Assembly: GCA_036375455.1 (NCBI GenBank)
Contig: DASURV010000077.1
Location: 10,367-74,366 of the forward strand
Origin: Casimicrobiaceae bacterium
GTDB lineage: Bacteria > Pseudomonadota > Gammaproteobacteria > Burkholderiales > Casimicrobiaceae
DNA length: 64,000 bases
Direction: 5' to 3'
Shown here: piece after piece, positions 29,544 through 38,775 of the stretch
How the letters are laid out: every line of letters starts with the position of its first letter
How positions within the stretch are numbered: position 1 is the stretch's first letter
Program-made: the position numbers and the translations under genes
Notes under the pieces: generated by a model
The model's database searches: none
Told to the model about the DNA's origin: nothing
What the model saw: only the letters and a program-made list of their open reading frames with translations

Positions 29544-30536
29544 TCACATCGCGTTGATCTTGGCGTAGATGCCGTCGGCCCCGATCTCCTTCGCGTACTC
29601 GGCCATGACGGGATCCACCGCCTTCTTGAGCGCGGCGCGGTCGGCGAACGGAATCCGCTTGAGCTTGCCGGCCTTCTCGAGCGCCTCGAGCTTGGCGGAG
29701 TCCTGGCTCGACTCGATCTGCCGGCCGTAGGCGCCCGCCTCCTTGCCCGCGCGCAGGATCGCCTGCTGCAGGTCCGGCGGAAGCCGCCGGAACGTCTTGC
29801 CCGAGAAGCAGAGCGGCCGGATCGTGATCGCGTGCTGCGTCAGCGCGAGGTTCGGCCCGACCTCGTAGAACTTCATCGCCTCGACGCCGGCGGCCTCGTT
29901 CTCGCCCGCGTTGATCACGCCGTTCTGGATCGCGTTGTAGATCTCGTCGTAGGCGATCACCGTCGGCGACATGCCGGCGGCGGCGAACGTCTTGCTCCAG
30001 ATCGGCGCGCCCTGCACGCGCACCTTCAGGCCCTTCAGCTCGGCCATGTTGTGCACCGGCTTGTTGGCGAAGATGTTGCGCGTGCCGCCGCCCGCGAACC
30101 CGATCAGCATGACGTCGGCCTTCTGCGCCACCTCGTCGGCGACCGGCTTCAGCGTGTCGGCGTCGAGCACCTTGTTCCAGTGGTCGAGGTCGCGGAACAG
30201 GAATGGCGCGTCGATGAACGGCGCGGCCTTCGAGAACGTCGACATGTGCGCGGGCGACACGATGCCGTAGTCGACCGAGACGCCCTGGTTCATGTACGCG
30301 AAGTAGTCCTTCTCGAGGCCGAGCTCGCTGTTCTTGTGCAGGACGAAGGCGACCGGCTTGCCGTAGTACTTCTTCACCAGCTCCTCGAACCGGACCAGCG
30401 CCTTCGTGAAGGCGTGATCGTCGTTGAACTGGACTGCGCCATGGAGCGTGATCGGCTGCTGCGCGCCGGCGCCGGACCCGAACGTCAGCGGAAGCAGGGC
30501 GAGCAGGCACGCGAACGTGCGCGGCAGGTGTCGCAT
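29544..30536 (-). CDS. TRAP substrate-binding protein DctP
   Basis: Signal peptide, LKGLKVRV, EIYNAIQNGV, KFYEV. Confidence 0.92.
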   Translation of the reverse strand: MRHLPRTFACLLALLPLTFGSGAGAQQPITLHGAVQFNDDHAFTKALVRFEELVKKYYGKPVAFVLHKNSELGLEKDYFAYMNQGVSVDYGIVSPAHMSTFSKAAPFIDAPFLFRDLDHWNKVLDADTLKPVADEVAQKADVMLIGFAGGGTRNIFANKPVHNMAELKGLKVRVQGAPIWSKTFAAAGMSPTVIAYDEIYNAIQNGVINAGENEAAGVEAMKFYEVGPNLALTQHAITIRPLCFSGKTFRRLPPDLQQAILRAGKEAGAYGRQIESSQDSAKLEALEKAGKLKRIPFADRAALKKAVDPVMAEYAKEIGADGIYAKINAM

Positions 30537-30669
30537 GGAATCCTCCTTGGCCGGAAATCGGCGGTGTCGTGGTGCGCGCGGGTGTCTCGCGCGTCTTTGT
30601 CGGGACGACCGAGGCGATTAGACGGCCGGCGCGGCTCTCGTGTCAACGGACGCACGGTAGAATCGTCCG

Positions 30670-31215
30670 ATGCATGCACGAACCCGCGTTGCCGCCGCGA
30701 CCGCGGCCCTCCTGGCGTCGATCGCGCCGCTTCCCGCAGCGCCGGTCGTCGGCACGCTCGCCGCGATCGTCGCAGCCGTGGCGGCACCTCCCGCGCACGG
30801 CGCCGACTACTCGGTCAAGGACCTGCGCATCGGTCATCCGTACGCGCGCCCGACGCCTCCCGGGGCGCGCACCGGCGGCGCGTATTTCGCGATCGAGAAC
30901 CTCGGCAAGGAGCCCGATCGCCTGCTGCGTCTTGCGTCACCGGCCGCCGGCGCCGTCGAGCTGCATTCGATGACGATGCAAGGCAACGTGATGCGGATGC
31001 GGTCGGTCGCCGCGCTCGACGTCCCGGCGGGCAGGAAGGTGACGCTCGGCCCGAGCGGATACCATGCGATGCTGCTCGATCTGAAGCGTCCGCTCGCGGT
31101 GGGGGACAAGGTGCCGCTGACGCTGACGTTCGAGAAGGCCGGCTCGATCGACATCGAGGTGCCGGTGGAAGCGCCGAAGGACGGCGCCGCGGACGACACG
31201 ACGCAGCGCCACTAG
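30670..31215 (+). CDS. Copper chaperone PCu(A)C
   Basis: ELHSM...MRM...GYHAML metal motif; next to heme A synthase. Confidence 0.92.
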   Translation: MHARTRVAAATAALLASIAPLPAAPVVGTLAAIVAAVAAPPAHGADYSVKDLRIGHPYARPTPPGARTGGAYFAIENLGKEPDRLLRLASPAAGAVELHSMTMQGNVMRMRSVAALDVPAGRKVTLGPSGYHAMLLDLKRPLAVGDKVPLTLTFEKAGSIDIEVPVEAPKDGAADDTTQRH

Positions 31216-31292
31216 CATCACGGCCGCGTCACGCGACGCGGGCACGACGTCGATCGCCGGCCCGCGGTGGCCGCTGTGGCAGAATCGGGCCG

Positions 31293-32378
31293 ATGAGCTT
31301 CGCGTACCCGACGTCGCAGGTCCCGCTCGACCTCGCGCGGAGCCACGCTCGTACGCGCGGCTCGCAGTCGCGCGCGCTTGCCGGCTGGCTCCTCGCCTGT
31401 TGCGCCCTCGTCTTCGCGATGGTCGTCGTCGGCGGCGTCACCCGGCTCACGCACTCCGGGCTGTCGATCACCGAATGGCAGCCGATCGTCGGGACGCTGC
31501 CTCCGCTGACGGCCGCCGACTGGGCCGAGGCATTCACGAAATATCGGGCAACCCCCGAGTTTCGCGACGTCAATCACCGGATGACGCTCGACGAGTTCAA
31601 GCGCATCTACTGGCGGGAATATTTCCACCGCCTGCTGGGCCGCGCGATCGGCGTCGCGTTCCTGCTGCCGTACCTGTGGTTTCTCGCCCGCGGACGAATT
31701 CCGCGGGGCTTGGCATGGCCGCTGGCCGGCGTGTTCCTGCTCGGCGGAATGCAGGGCGCGGTCGGATGGTTCATGGTGCAAAGCGGCCTGGTCGACGATC
31801 CGCACGTGTCGCAGTTCCGGCTCACGGCTCACCTGGGGCTTGCATTCGCGATATTCGCGGCCATGTTCTGGATTGCGCTGTCGCTCGCGTACCCCATGCG
31901 CGCCGGGCGACACGTTCCCGCGCTCCGTCGCATGCGCGCGTTTGCGGCGGCCGTGGCGGCGCTCGTGTTCGTGATGGTGCTCTCGGGCGGGTTCGTCGCC
32001 GGCATTCGCGCCGGATTCGCCTACAACACGTTCCCGTTGATGAACGGCCACGTGGTGCCACCGGAAATCCTGCTGCTCGAGCCGTGGTGGCGAAACTTTT
32101 TCTGGAACATGGCGACGGTCCAGTTCGATCATCGGGCGATCGCGTGGGCGCTGGCGTTCGCGGTGCCGCTGCTGGGGTGGCGGCTGCTGCGCGAGCGGCG
32201 AGCGCCGCCGCGTGCGCGCAGCGGCGCGACGGCGCTGCTCGCGCTGCTGGCGGTGCAGATCGCGCTCGGCATCGCGACGCTGCTGAACGTCGTTCCGCTG
32301 CCGCTCGCCGCGCTGCACCAGGCCGGCGCGCTGCTCGTCTTCGCGGCGGCGCTCAACGTCGCGCACGCGCTGCGGTGA
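31293..32378 (+). CDS. ctaA: Heme A synthase (COX15/CtaA)
   Basis: VGGVTRLTHSGLSITEW, EYFHR, RLTAHL, QFDHR, ALHQ. Confidence 0.93.
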   Translation: MSFAYPTSQVPLDLARSHARTRGSQSRALAGWLLACCALVFAMVVVGGVTRLTHSGLSITEWQPIVGTLPPLTAADWAEAFTKYRATPEFRDVNHRMTLDEFKRIYWREYFHRLLGRAIGVAFLLPYLWFLARGRIPRGLAWPLAGVFLLGGMQGAVGWFMVQSGLVDDPHVSQFRLTAHLGLAFAIFAAMFWIALSLAYPMRAGRHVPALRRMRAFAAAVAALVFVMVLSGGFVAGIRAGFAYNTFPLMNGHVVPPEILLLEPWWRNFFWNMATVQFDHRAIAWALAFAVPLLGWRLLRERRAPPRARSGATALLALLAVQIALGIATLLNVVPLPLAALHQAGALLVFAAALNVAHALR

Positions 32379-32407
32379 TCCAACGTCGCGCACGCGCTGC
32401 GGTGATC
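32354..32407 (+). repeat. Perfect 27-bp tandem duplication of the ctaA 3' end
   Basis: CAACGTCGCGCACGCGCTGCGGTGATC at 32354-32380 and 32381-32407. Confidence 0.95.
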
Positions 32408-32474
32408 CGCGAGCGGTTGCGCGGGGACGGGCGAGAGACGATGATGAGGGACTCACGACGAGGTCTGACCTGCC

Positions 32475-33161
32475 ATGGCTGAATTGCGCGCACTCGACGA
32501 ACCGCTGTCCGACCCGGAGCTCGACGAGCTCGAGGGGTTTCTCGCGTCCGATCTGGTGCCGCAGGACTGCATGGACCTCGAGATGCTGGACGGCTTCCTG
32601 ACCGCGATCGTCAGTGGCCCCGAAAGTGTGCAGCCGTCCGAATGGCTGCCGCAGGTATGGAGCGACGGCGGACGCACGTCGAATCCCGCGTTCGCGAACA
32701 ACGAGCAGGCGCAGCGCATCATGGGACTGATGCTGCGCCACATGGTCGGGATCCAGCGCACGCTCGGCGAATCGCCGACGCGCTTCAAGCCCCTGTTGTA
32801 CGTGCCGGACGAGAAGAGCCGCAACGACAAGACGCCGCCCGAGGCGTCGGCCTGGTGCGAGGGCTACATGGCGGGCGTGCGGCTGCGCGACGACGAGTGG
32901 CAGCCGCTCTACGACGCGCCCGACGCCCGCGACTGGGTGTTCCCGATCGAGGCGCTGGCGTTCGGCGACCAGGATCCGGAATTCGCCGAGTGGATCGACG
33001 ACAAGGAGAAGCGCGCCGGGCTCGTCGACGAGCTGTCGGTCGCGTCGGTGCTGATCTACCGGTTCTGGCAGGAGCGGCGCAAGACGCGCGAAGCGCGCGG
33101 CAGCGGCTCGCTCCGCGAGCGGCACGACTCGTCACGCAAGTCGCGCCAGCGGCTGCATTGA
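32475..33161 (+). CDS. YecA / UPF0149 family protein (no SEC-C motif)
   Basis: ELDELEGFL, MLDGFLTAIVSGP, PSEWLP, WCEGY. Confidence 0.85.
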   Translation: MAELRALDEPLSDPELDELEGFLASDLVPQDCMDLEMLDGFLTAIVSGPESVQPSEWLPQVWSDGGRTSNPAFANNEQAQRIMGLMLRHMVGIQRTLGESPTRFKPLLYVPDEKSRNDKTPPEASAWCEGYMAGVRLRDDEWQPLYDAPDARDWVFPIEALAFGDQDPEFAEWIDDKEKRAGLVDELSVASVLIYRFWQERRKTREARGSGSLRERHDSSRKSRQRLH

Positions 33162-33169
33162 ACGCGCGC

Positions 33170-33379
33170 TCAGGCGGCGTTGCGGTACGACTCGCCTGAC
33201 CAGTCGGGAACGAAACGCGTCGTCGCCTCGTAGCTCTCGATCAGCTCGAGCAGCTCGTCCACGCGATGCCCTTCCGCGATCTCGGCGCCCCCGCCGAGCA
33301 GTTGCTCGAGCTCCGTGCGAGCCGCGCGGTATTCCGGTTCGGTGCAGGCCCCCCGGTTCGGATCCAGTCGATCTGCCAT
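33170..33379 (-). CDS. Small protein resembling the N-terminal helices of HigA-type antitoxins, lacking HTH
   Basis: EYRAARTELEQLL...DELLELIESYE; GGAGGG RBS. Confidence 0.55.
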   Translation of the reverse strand: MADRLDPNRGACTEPEYRAARTELEQLLGGGAEIAEGHRVDELLELIESYEATTRFVPDWSGESYRNAA

Positions 33380-33434
33380 GTTCCCTCCGTCGTGAGGCCG
33401 CTCGTCGGGGAGCGGCATTATTCTCGGATGTGAA

Positions 33435-33878
33435 TCAGTAGTGGTAGACGCGATTGTTGACGACGCGCACCCGGTCGCCGACGCGCAGCTCGCCTTCGCC
33501 GACCTGGTCGAGCGCGAGCGTGGCACCCGAATCGAGTCTGACGACGACCCGGTAGCGGTCGGCCGCGTTGGCCTTCTGCATTTCATTGCCGACGAGCGCG
33601 CCGCCGAGGGTCCCCGCGATCGTCGCGGCGGTGTTGCCGGCGCCGCTGCCGATCTGGTGCCCTATCACACCGCCCGCGATGCCGCCGAGAATGGCGCCGA
33701 GGCCGACCGGCGCAGTCGCGCCGGGGCGGTACAGGTCGATTCTCTCGACGACGCCGTACTCGGTGCGCTGGGCGACGACCGGACGGGTCTCGTAGACGGC
33801 GTAGGGCTCGGGATACGCGCAGCCGCCGAGCAGCGCCGCGCCGGCGAGGGCCACGATTGCAGCATTGCGAAACATCAT
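33435..33878 (-). CDS. Glycine-zipper 2TM outer membrane lipoprotein (SlyB/Pcp-like)
   Basis: Lipobox LGGC, GAILGGIAGGVIGHQIGSG, LRVGDRV. Confidence 0.88.
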   Translation of the reverse strand: MMFRNAAIVALAGAALLGGCAYPEPYAVYETRPVVAQRTEYGVVERIDLYRPGATAPVGLGAILGGIAGGVIGHQIGSGAGNTAATIAGTLGGALVGNEMQKANAADRYRVVVRLDSGATLALDQVGEGELRVGDRVRVVNNRVYHY

Positions 33879-34153
33879 TGGGAGTCTCCAGTTGCGGGGA
33901 GGCCGGGACGGTCGGGCCTCGATCACGATGCCACTCTAGTGGCCCACGCTGGAGGCCGTGGATCGGTCCGGTCCCGATTCGGGCGTCGGACAGCGACCGA
34001 CAAGCGTTAGATCCCGCCGCAAATGTAAACGTTCGCTACTGTGCGCGAGGGCACCGGGGCGCGCAATGCGAATATTCCGCACGGGCCGCGCGCGCAGCCC
34101 GAAGCATGCCGCCGCCGCCGGCGCAACGGCCGGGGGCTCGTGACGCGACGCGC

Positions 34154-34939
34154 TCAGGCCGCGAAGAGGTAGGAATCGCGCGCCAGCGCTCCGTTCTCGA
34201 AGCCGTCGACGACGCGCTCGAGCGACGGCCGCGAGCCCGCGGCGCCATAGGCGACGAACAACGGCAGGAAGTGCTCCTCGGTCGGGTGCGCGCGCGCGGC
34301 GCCGGGCGCCGCGTCCCGATAGTCGAGCAGCGCGCGCGCCTCGTGCGCGGCGAGCTTCTGCTCCAGCCAGTGCGAGAACTCGACGGCGTAGCGCATCGGC
34401 TCGGCGTCGCCGCGGCGGCTCATCCAGTCGCGCAGGTTGTGCGTGGCGTGGCCCGAGCCGACGATCAGCACACCGGCATTGCGCAGCGGCGCGAGCGCCT
34501 CGCCGAGCGCCAGATGATGCGTGGTTCCGCGCGCGGGTTGCAGCGCGAGCTGGAGCACCGGTATGTCGGCGCGCGGGTACATCCAGCGCAGCGGCACCCA
34601 CGTCCCATGATCGAGGCCGCGACAGCCGTCGATGCCGGCGGTGATGCCCGCGCCCTTCAGCAGCTCGACCGCCCTGGCCGCGATGTCCGGCGCCCCGGGC
34701 GCCGGGTACTCGATCTCGTACAGTTCCCGCGGAAACCCGCCGAAATCGTGGATCGTTTCCGGCTTGCGGTTGCCGGTCAGCATCGGGATCGACGTTTCCC
34801 AGTGCGCGGACGCGACCAGTATCGCGTCCGGACGGGGAATGCGCCGCCCGAGCGCCGCCCACGCGTCGCCCACGCTGCCGGGGGTGACGGCATGCATCGG
34901 CGACCCGTGCGACAGGAACAGCGTCGGAAGCGTCTTCAT
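34154..34939 (-). CDS. Class III extradiol dioxygenase (DODA/YgiD-like)
   Basis: FLSHGSP, SAHW, IHDFGGFP, GLDHGTW, AHPTEEHFLPL. Confidence 0.92.
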   Translation of the reverse strand: MKTLPTLFLSHGSPMHAVTPGSVGDAWAALGRRIPRPDAILVASAHWETSIPMLTGNRKPETIHDFGGFPRELYEIEYPAPGAPDIAARAVELLKGAGITAGIDGCRGLDHGTWVPLRWMYPRADIPVLQLALQPARGTTHHLALGEALAPLRNAGVLIVGSGHATHNLRDWMSRRGDAEPMRYAVEFSHWLEQKLAAHEARALLDYRDAAPGAARAHPTEEHFLPLFVAYGAAGSRPSLERVVDGFENGALARDSYLFAA

Positions 34940-34949
34940 GCGAGCGGCC

Positions 34950-35561
34950 TCAGGCGGCCTTCTGCAAGAGATGCTCCGCTTCGAGCGCCTCGCGCACCTT
35001 CGGACGCGCCGCGACCCGCTCCTGGAAGCGTTGCAGCGCCGGCCAGCGGTCGAGATCGAACTTGAGGAACCGGTGCCAGTTCGCGATCGCGTACAGATAC
35101 GCGTCGGCAATCGTGAACGCATCGCCGGTGAGATACGGCTTCGAGCCGAGGGCTTCGGCGACGTAGTCGAAGCGAGTCCCCACCGCCTGCAGGATGACGG
35201 ACTTGAAGGAGTCCGGCGTCGTCGGCTTCCACAGCGGACCGAGCCCCTTGTGAATCTCTGTCGCGATGAAGTTGAGCCACTCCATCAGGCGATACCGCGC
35301 GATCGAGCCGAATGCCGGGGCGAGCGTTCCCGGATTGCGATCCGCCACGTATTGCAGGATTACGGCCAGCTCGCCGAGACGCTGCCCGTCGTCGAGCTCG
35401 AGCAGCGGAACATACCCCTTCGGGTTGATCGCGTAGTAGTCGCGATCGTCGACCTTGTGCGCGCGCAGGTCGACGCGCGCGAGTGCAAACGGCAATCGGG
35501 CCTCGCGCAACGTGATGTGGGCGGCGAGCGAGCACGCGCCGGGAGCGTAGTAGAGCTTCAT
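34950..35561 (-). CDS. gstA: Glutathione S-transferase (beta class)
   Basis: MKLYYAPGACSLA, INPKGYVP, FIATEIHK. Confidence 0.9.
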   Translation of the reverse strand: MKLYYAPGACSLAAHITLREARLPFALARVDLRAHKVDDRDYYAINPKGYVPLLELDDGQRLGELAVILQYVADRNPGTLAPAFGSIARYRLMEWLNFIATEIHKGLGPLWKPTTPDSFKSVILQAVGTRFDYVAEALGSKPYLTGDAFTIADAYLYAIANWHRFLKFDLDRWPALQRFQERVAARPKVREALEAEHLLQKAA

Positions 35562-35662
35562 GGTGAACCTCGTCAACGGTTGGAACTGAAGGATTGGACC
35601 GCCGTGGCGCCGATTCGGTCGCGCGCCGGCGGGCGCGGCGCCCGCCGGCGTGCCCGAGCACC

Positions 35663-36091
35663 TCAGTTGGCTGCCTGGTATTGCGGCGACGCGGAGCGGG
35701 TCGCGTCGATCTCGTCCCGGACACCGTTGCCGAGGAGCGCCGTGACCGCGGAGGCGAGCGCCAGGAAGGCCGGATATTCCCAGCCGCCGTTCGGCGCGTT
35801 GAACACCCACCCGTTGCCCGAGTGCGCCCACGTGGCGCCCAGAACGAACGGCATGAGCGCGAGCGCGACGATTCGCGTCTTCACGCCCGCGACGAGCAGC
35901 GCCCCGCCGATCAGCTCGGCGGCGAAGGTCACGTAGCCGAGCGCGCCGGGCAAGCCGAGCGACTCGAAGAACTTGTACGTGCCGGGAAGCGTGAACACGA
36001 AATACTTGAGCAGTGCATGGGCGATGAACATCACGCCGAGACCGATGCGAAGCGCGGCCGCGGCTAGGTCGATGCGACGACTGGACGACAT
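35663..36091 (-). CDS. DoxX family membrane protein
   Basis: LRIGLGVMFIAH, FFESLGLP, GGWEYP. Confidence 0.9.
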   Translation of the reverse strand: MSSSRRIDLAAAALRIGLGVMFIAHALLKYFVFTLPGTYKFFESLGLPGALGYVTFAAELIGGALLVAGVKTRIVALALMPFVLGATWAHSGNGWVFNAPNGGWEYPAFLALASAVTALLGNGVRDEIDATRSASPQYQAAN

Positions 36092-36187
36092 GACGGACTC
36101 CCTTGGGTTGATGCGCCATGCGGCGCGACGGGAGGAATCATGATGCTTCCGGATCAAGGGATAAACATCGATTCCGTTGAATGATAG

Positions 36188-36202
36188 TTGCGCGTGATGC
36201 AA
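36188..36202. promoter_or_regulatory. LysR-type T-N11-A palindromic site between doxX and lysR
   Basis: TTGC-gcgtgat-GCAA in AT-rich divergent intergenic region. Confidence 0.6.
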
Positions 36203-36236
36203 TAATCACGACCGACCGTCCCGGTGAGACGCTCCG

Positions 36237-37199
36237 ATGGATCGCTTCCAGTCGCTGCTCGCGTTCGCGAAGGTCGTCGAAACGGGCAGCTTCGCCCGCG
36301 CCGCCGACCGGCTCGATCTTTCGGTTTCCGCCGTGTCGCGGCAGGTCGCCGAGCTGGAATCGCATCTGGGCGCGCGCCTCTTGAATCGCACGACGCGCCG
36401 CCTTTCGCTGACCGAAAGCGGGCAGGCGTTCTACGAGCGCTGCGTGCAGCTTCTCGCCGATCTCGAGGAGGCCGAGGAGGAGATCACGGCGGCGGCGATC
36501 GTGCCGCGCGGGACGCTCAGGCTCACCTCCTCGATCAGCTTCGGCGTCGGCTACCTCGCCCCGGCGATCGCGCAGTTCCAGCGCCAGCATCCGCAGCTAC
36601 GCTTCGACATCGAGCTGTCCGACCGCGCCATCGATATCGTCGAGGAAGGCATCGATCTCGCGATCCGGATCGGGGACATCGGAAGCCGCGCGCTGATCGG
36701 GCGGCGGATCGGCGTGTCGCGGATGATCTGCTGCGCCGCGCCGTCGTATCTCGCGCGACACCCGGCGCCGCGCACGCCGGCCGATCTCGCATCGCACCCG
36801 TGCCTCACGTACGAGTACGCGTCGGTCGGCGACGTCTGGCGCTTCGCCGACGCTGCGGGCCGGACGCACGACGTGAAGGTGAGCGGGCCGGTCCATGCGA
36901 ACAACGGCGCGCTGCTGTCGGCGCTCGCGGTCGCCGGTGCCGGCATCAATCTCGAGCCGGATTTCATCGTCGCGAACGACGTGCGCGCCGGACGGCTGGT
37001 CCCGCTCCTGCCGGGCTACGTCGCGCCCACGATCGGCATCAATGCCGCTTACCCGAGCCGGCGCCACCTGTCGGCGAAGGTGCGCTCGTTCATCGATTTC
37101 CTGGCGCAGCGTTTCGCGCACGAGCCCGCGTGGCACCTGCCGGCGCCGGCGGATGCGACGCATACGGGGGCGACCGCACGCCGCGCGAAAACGCGCTAG
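36237..37199 (+). CDS. LysR family regulator (CrgA-like)
   Basis: GSFARAAD, LGARLLNRTTRRLSLT, EEGIDLAIRIG. Confidence 0.95.
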   Translation: MDRFQSLLAFAKVVETGSFARAADRLDLSVSAVSRQVAELESHLGARLLNRTTRRLSLTESGQAFYERCVQLLADLEEAEEEITAAAIVPRGTLRLTSSISFGVGYLAPAIAQFQRQHPQLRFDIELSDRAIDIVEEGIDLAIRIGDIGSRALIGRRIGVSRMICCAAPSYLARHPAPRTPADLASHPCLTYEYASVGDVWRFADAAGRTHDVKVSGPVHANNGALLSALAVAGAGINLEPDFIVANDVRAGRLVPLLPGYVAPTIGINAAYPSRRHLSAKVRSFIDFLAQRFAHEPAWHLPAPADATHTGATARRAKTR

Positions 37200-37229
37200 C
37201 GCGCACGCGGCGCCTGGCGGACGCCGGAT

Positions 37230-37634
37230 CTACGGGATCTGGATCTTGCCGCCCCCGGGAAGCGTGCCTCCCGGACCGAGCATGGCTCCTGCGGGCGGCA
37301 CCACGATCGACGACGACGCCTGGCGGCGCAATTCCTGGATCTCGCGCATCGCCCGCTCGATGCCGGCCTTCGTCGCTTCGGCGTACTTGGCGACCGCGTC
37401 GGCGAGACTGTCCGCGTCGATGTCGAAGCTGATCGGCAGCGGGCCCATGTTCGTCATGAGCTGCGCTTCCCCCTGATAAACGGCGCGGCGCAGCGTGTCG
37501 GGGGCGCCGTCGCTTTTCACCGGCAGCAGCACGCGCAGCGTCCCGACCCTGCGATCGGTATAGATCTCTTCGCGGTACAGCGAGGCCGCGTCCATCGTCG
37601 CGTCCGTCGAGCGGGCGCCCGGATCGGTGGCCAT
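37230..37634 (-). CDS. Conserved hypothetical cytoplasmic protein
   Basis: LYREEIYTDRRVGTLR, GPLPISFDI, ELRRQASSSIVVP; coding-like codon usage. Confidence 0.75.
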   Translation of the reverse strand: MATDPGARSTDATMDAASLYREEIYTDRRVGTLRVLLPVKSDGAPDTLRRAVYQGEAQLMTNMGPLPISFDIDADSLADAVAKYAEATKAGIERAMREIQELRRQASSSIVVPPAGAMLGPGGTLPGGGKIQIP

Positions 37635-37863
37635 GTCCAAGGTCCTTCCCCGAGTGGTTTTCGTCAAGCGTAATGGATTGGGGCGACGGAGGGCAACCGC
37701 AAGGCGGCACGGCGACCGCGCCGGCAAATTGTTCCGCGGCCGTGGTAAAGGTTGCGTGAGCCTGCGCGGCACGGCTCCCGCCAAGTGCCTGAATCGACGC
37801 CGTGTTTTGACGTGGTACGCCGCTTGCGCCGGTTGTGCCGATCAACAGCAGCGCAGGTTATCG

Positions 37864-38772
37864 ATGTCCCGGCTTCCAGCCGTCGCAGCGGCACCGCGGT
37901 CGGTCGCGGTGCGCGTGTCCGGCATCCCGATCAGCCATCCCGAGCGGCCGATCGCCGAGGCGCCCGGCCACACGAAGCTCGACGTGGTTCGCTATCACGA
38001 GCGCCTTGCGCCGTGGCTGGTGCCGCAGCTCGCGCCGCGCCCGATCGCCGTCGTGAGGTGCCGTGACGGGCGCTTCGACGACTGCTTCTTCCAGAAGCAT
38101 CCGCTGCACGGCGGGCGCGATGGCGCCGGCGACTCGTCGCCGTTCATGCGTCTCGCCGACGATGCGGACGTCGTGCGCGCCGTGCAGAACGGGACGTACG
38201 AATTCCACACGTGGGGTGCGAGCTTTCCGCGCCTCGAGCGGCCGGATCGGATCACGCTCGATCTCGATCCGGACGCGGCATTGCCGTGGCCGACGATGCA
38301 GGAGGCCGCGAGTCACGTGCGCGCATTGCTCGACGGGCTGGACCTGCGCTGGTTCATGAAGACGACGGGCGGCAAGGGCCTGCATTTCGTGCTTCCGATC
38401 ACGCGCCGGCATAGCTGGCGGGAGGCCGCCGAATTCGCGCGCGCGATCGCGCGCAGGCTTGCGGGCGACGCTCCGGCGCTGTTCACCGCCACGCTTCGCA
38501 CGGAGGCGCGGAGCGGGCGCGTCTGCGTCGACTACCTGCGCAACGGCGAGGGCGCCACGGCGGTCGCGGCGTACTCGCTGCGCGCCCGGGCCGGATTGCC
38601 GGTGTCGATGCCGATCGCGTGGGCCGACCTCGCGCACGACGTGCGCGCGGGCCATTTCAACATCGACAACGCGGTGGCGGTCGTCGCGCGCCGGCGCGTC
38701 GATCCCTGGGCCGACTACGAGCGGTCGCACCAGACGCTGTCCGCGGTCGTGCGCCGCGCAATCCACGCCTGA
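37864..38772 (+). CDS. Stand-alone LigD polymerase (AEP primase-polymerase) domain
   Basis: FFQKH, EFHTW, PDRITLDLDP, KTTGGKGLH, DYLRN, AAYSLRAR, VSMPIAW. Confidence 0.88.
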   Translation: MSRLPAVAAAPRSVAVRVSGIPISHPERPIAEAPGHTKLDVVRYHERLAPWLVPQLAPRPIAVVRCRDGRFDDCFFQKHPLHGGRDGAGDSSPFMRLADDADVVRAVQNGTYEFHTWGASFPRLERPDRITLDLDPDAALPWPTMQEAASHVRALLDGLDLRWFMKTTGGKGLHFVLPITRRHSWREAAEFARAIARRLAGDAPALFTATLRTEARSGRVCVDYLRNGEGATAVAAYSLRARAGLPVSMPIAWADLAHDVRAGHFNIDNAVAVVARRRVDPWADYERSHQTLSAVVRRAIHA

Positions 38773-38775
38773 GGT

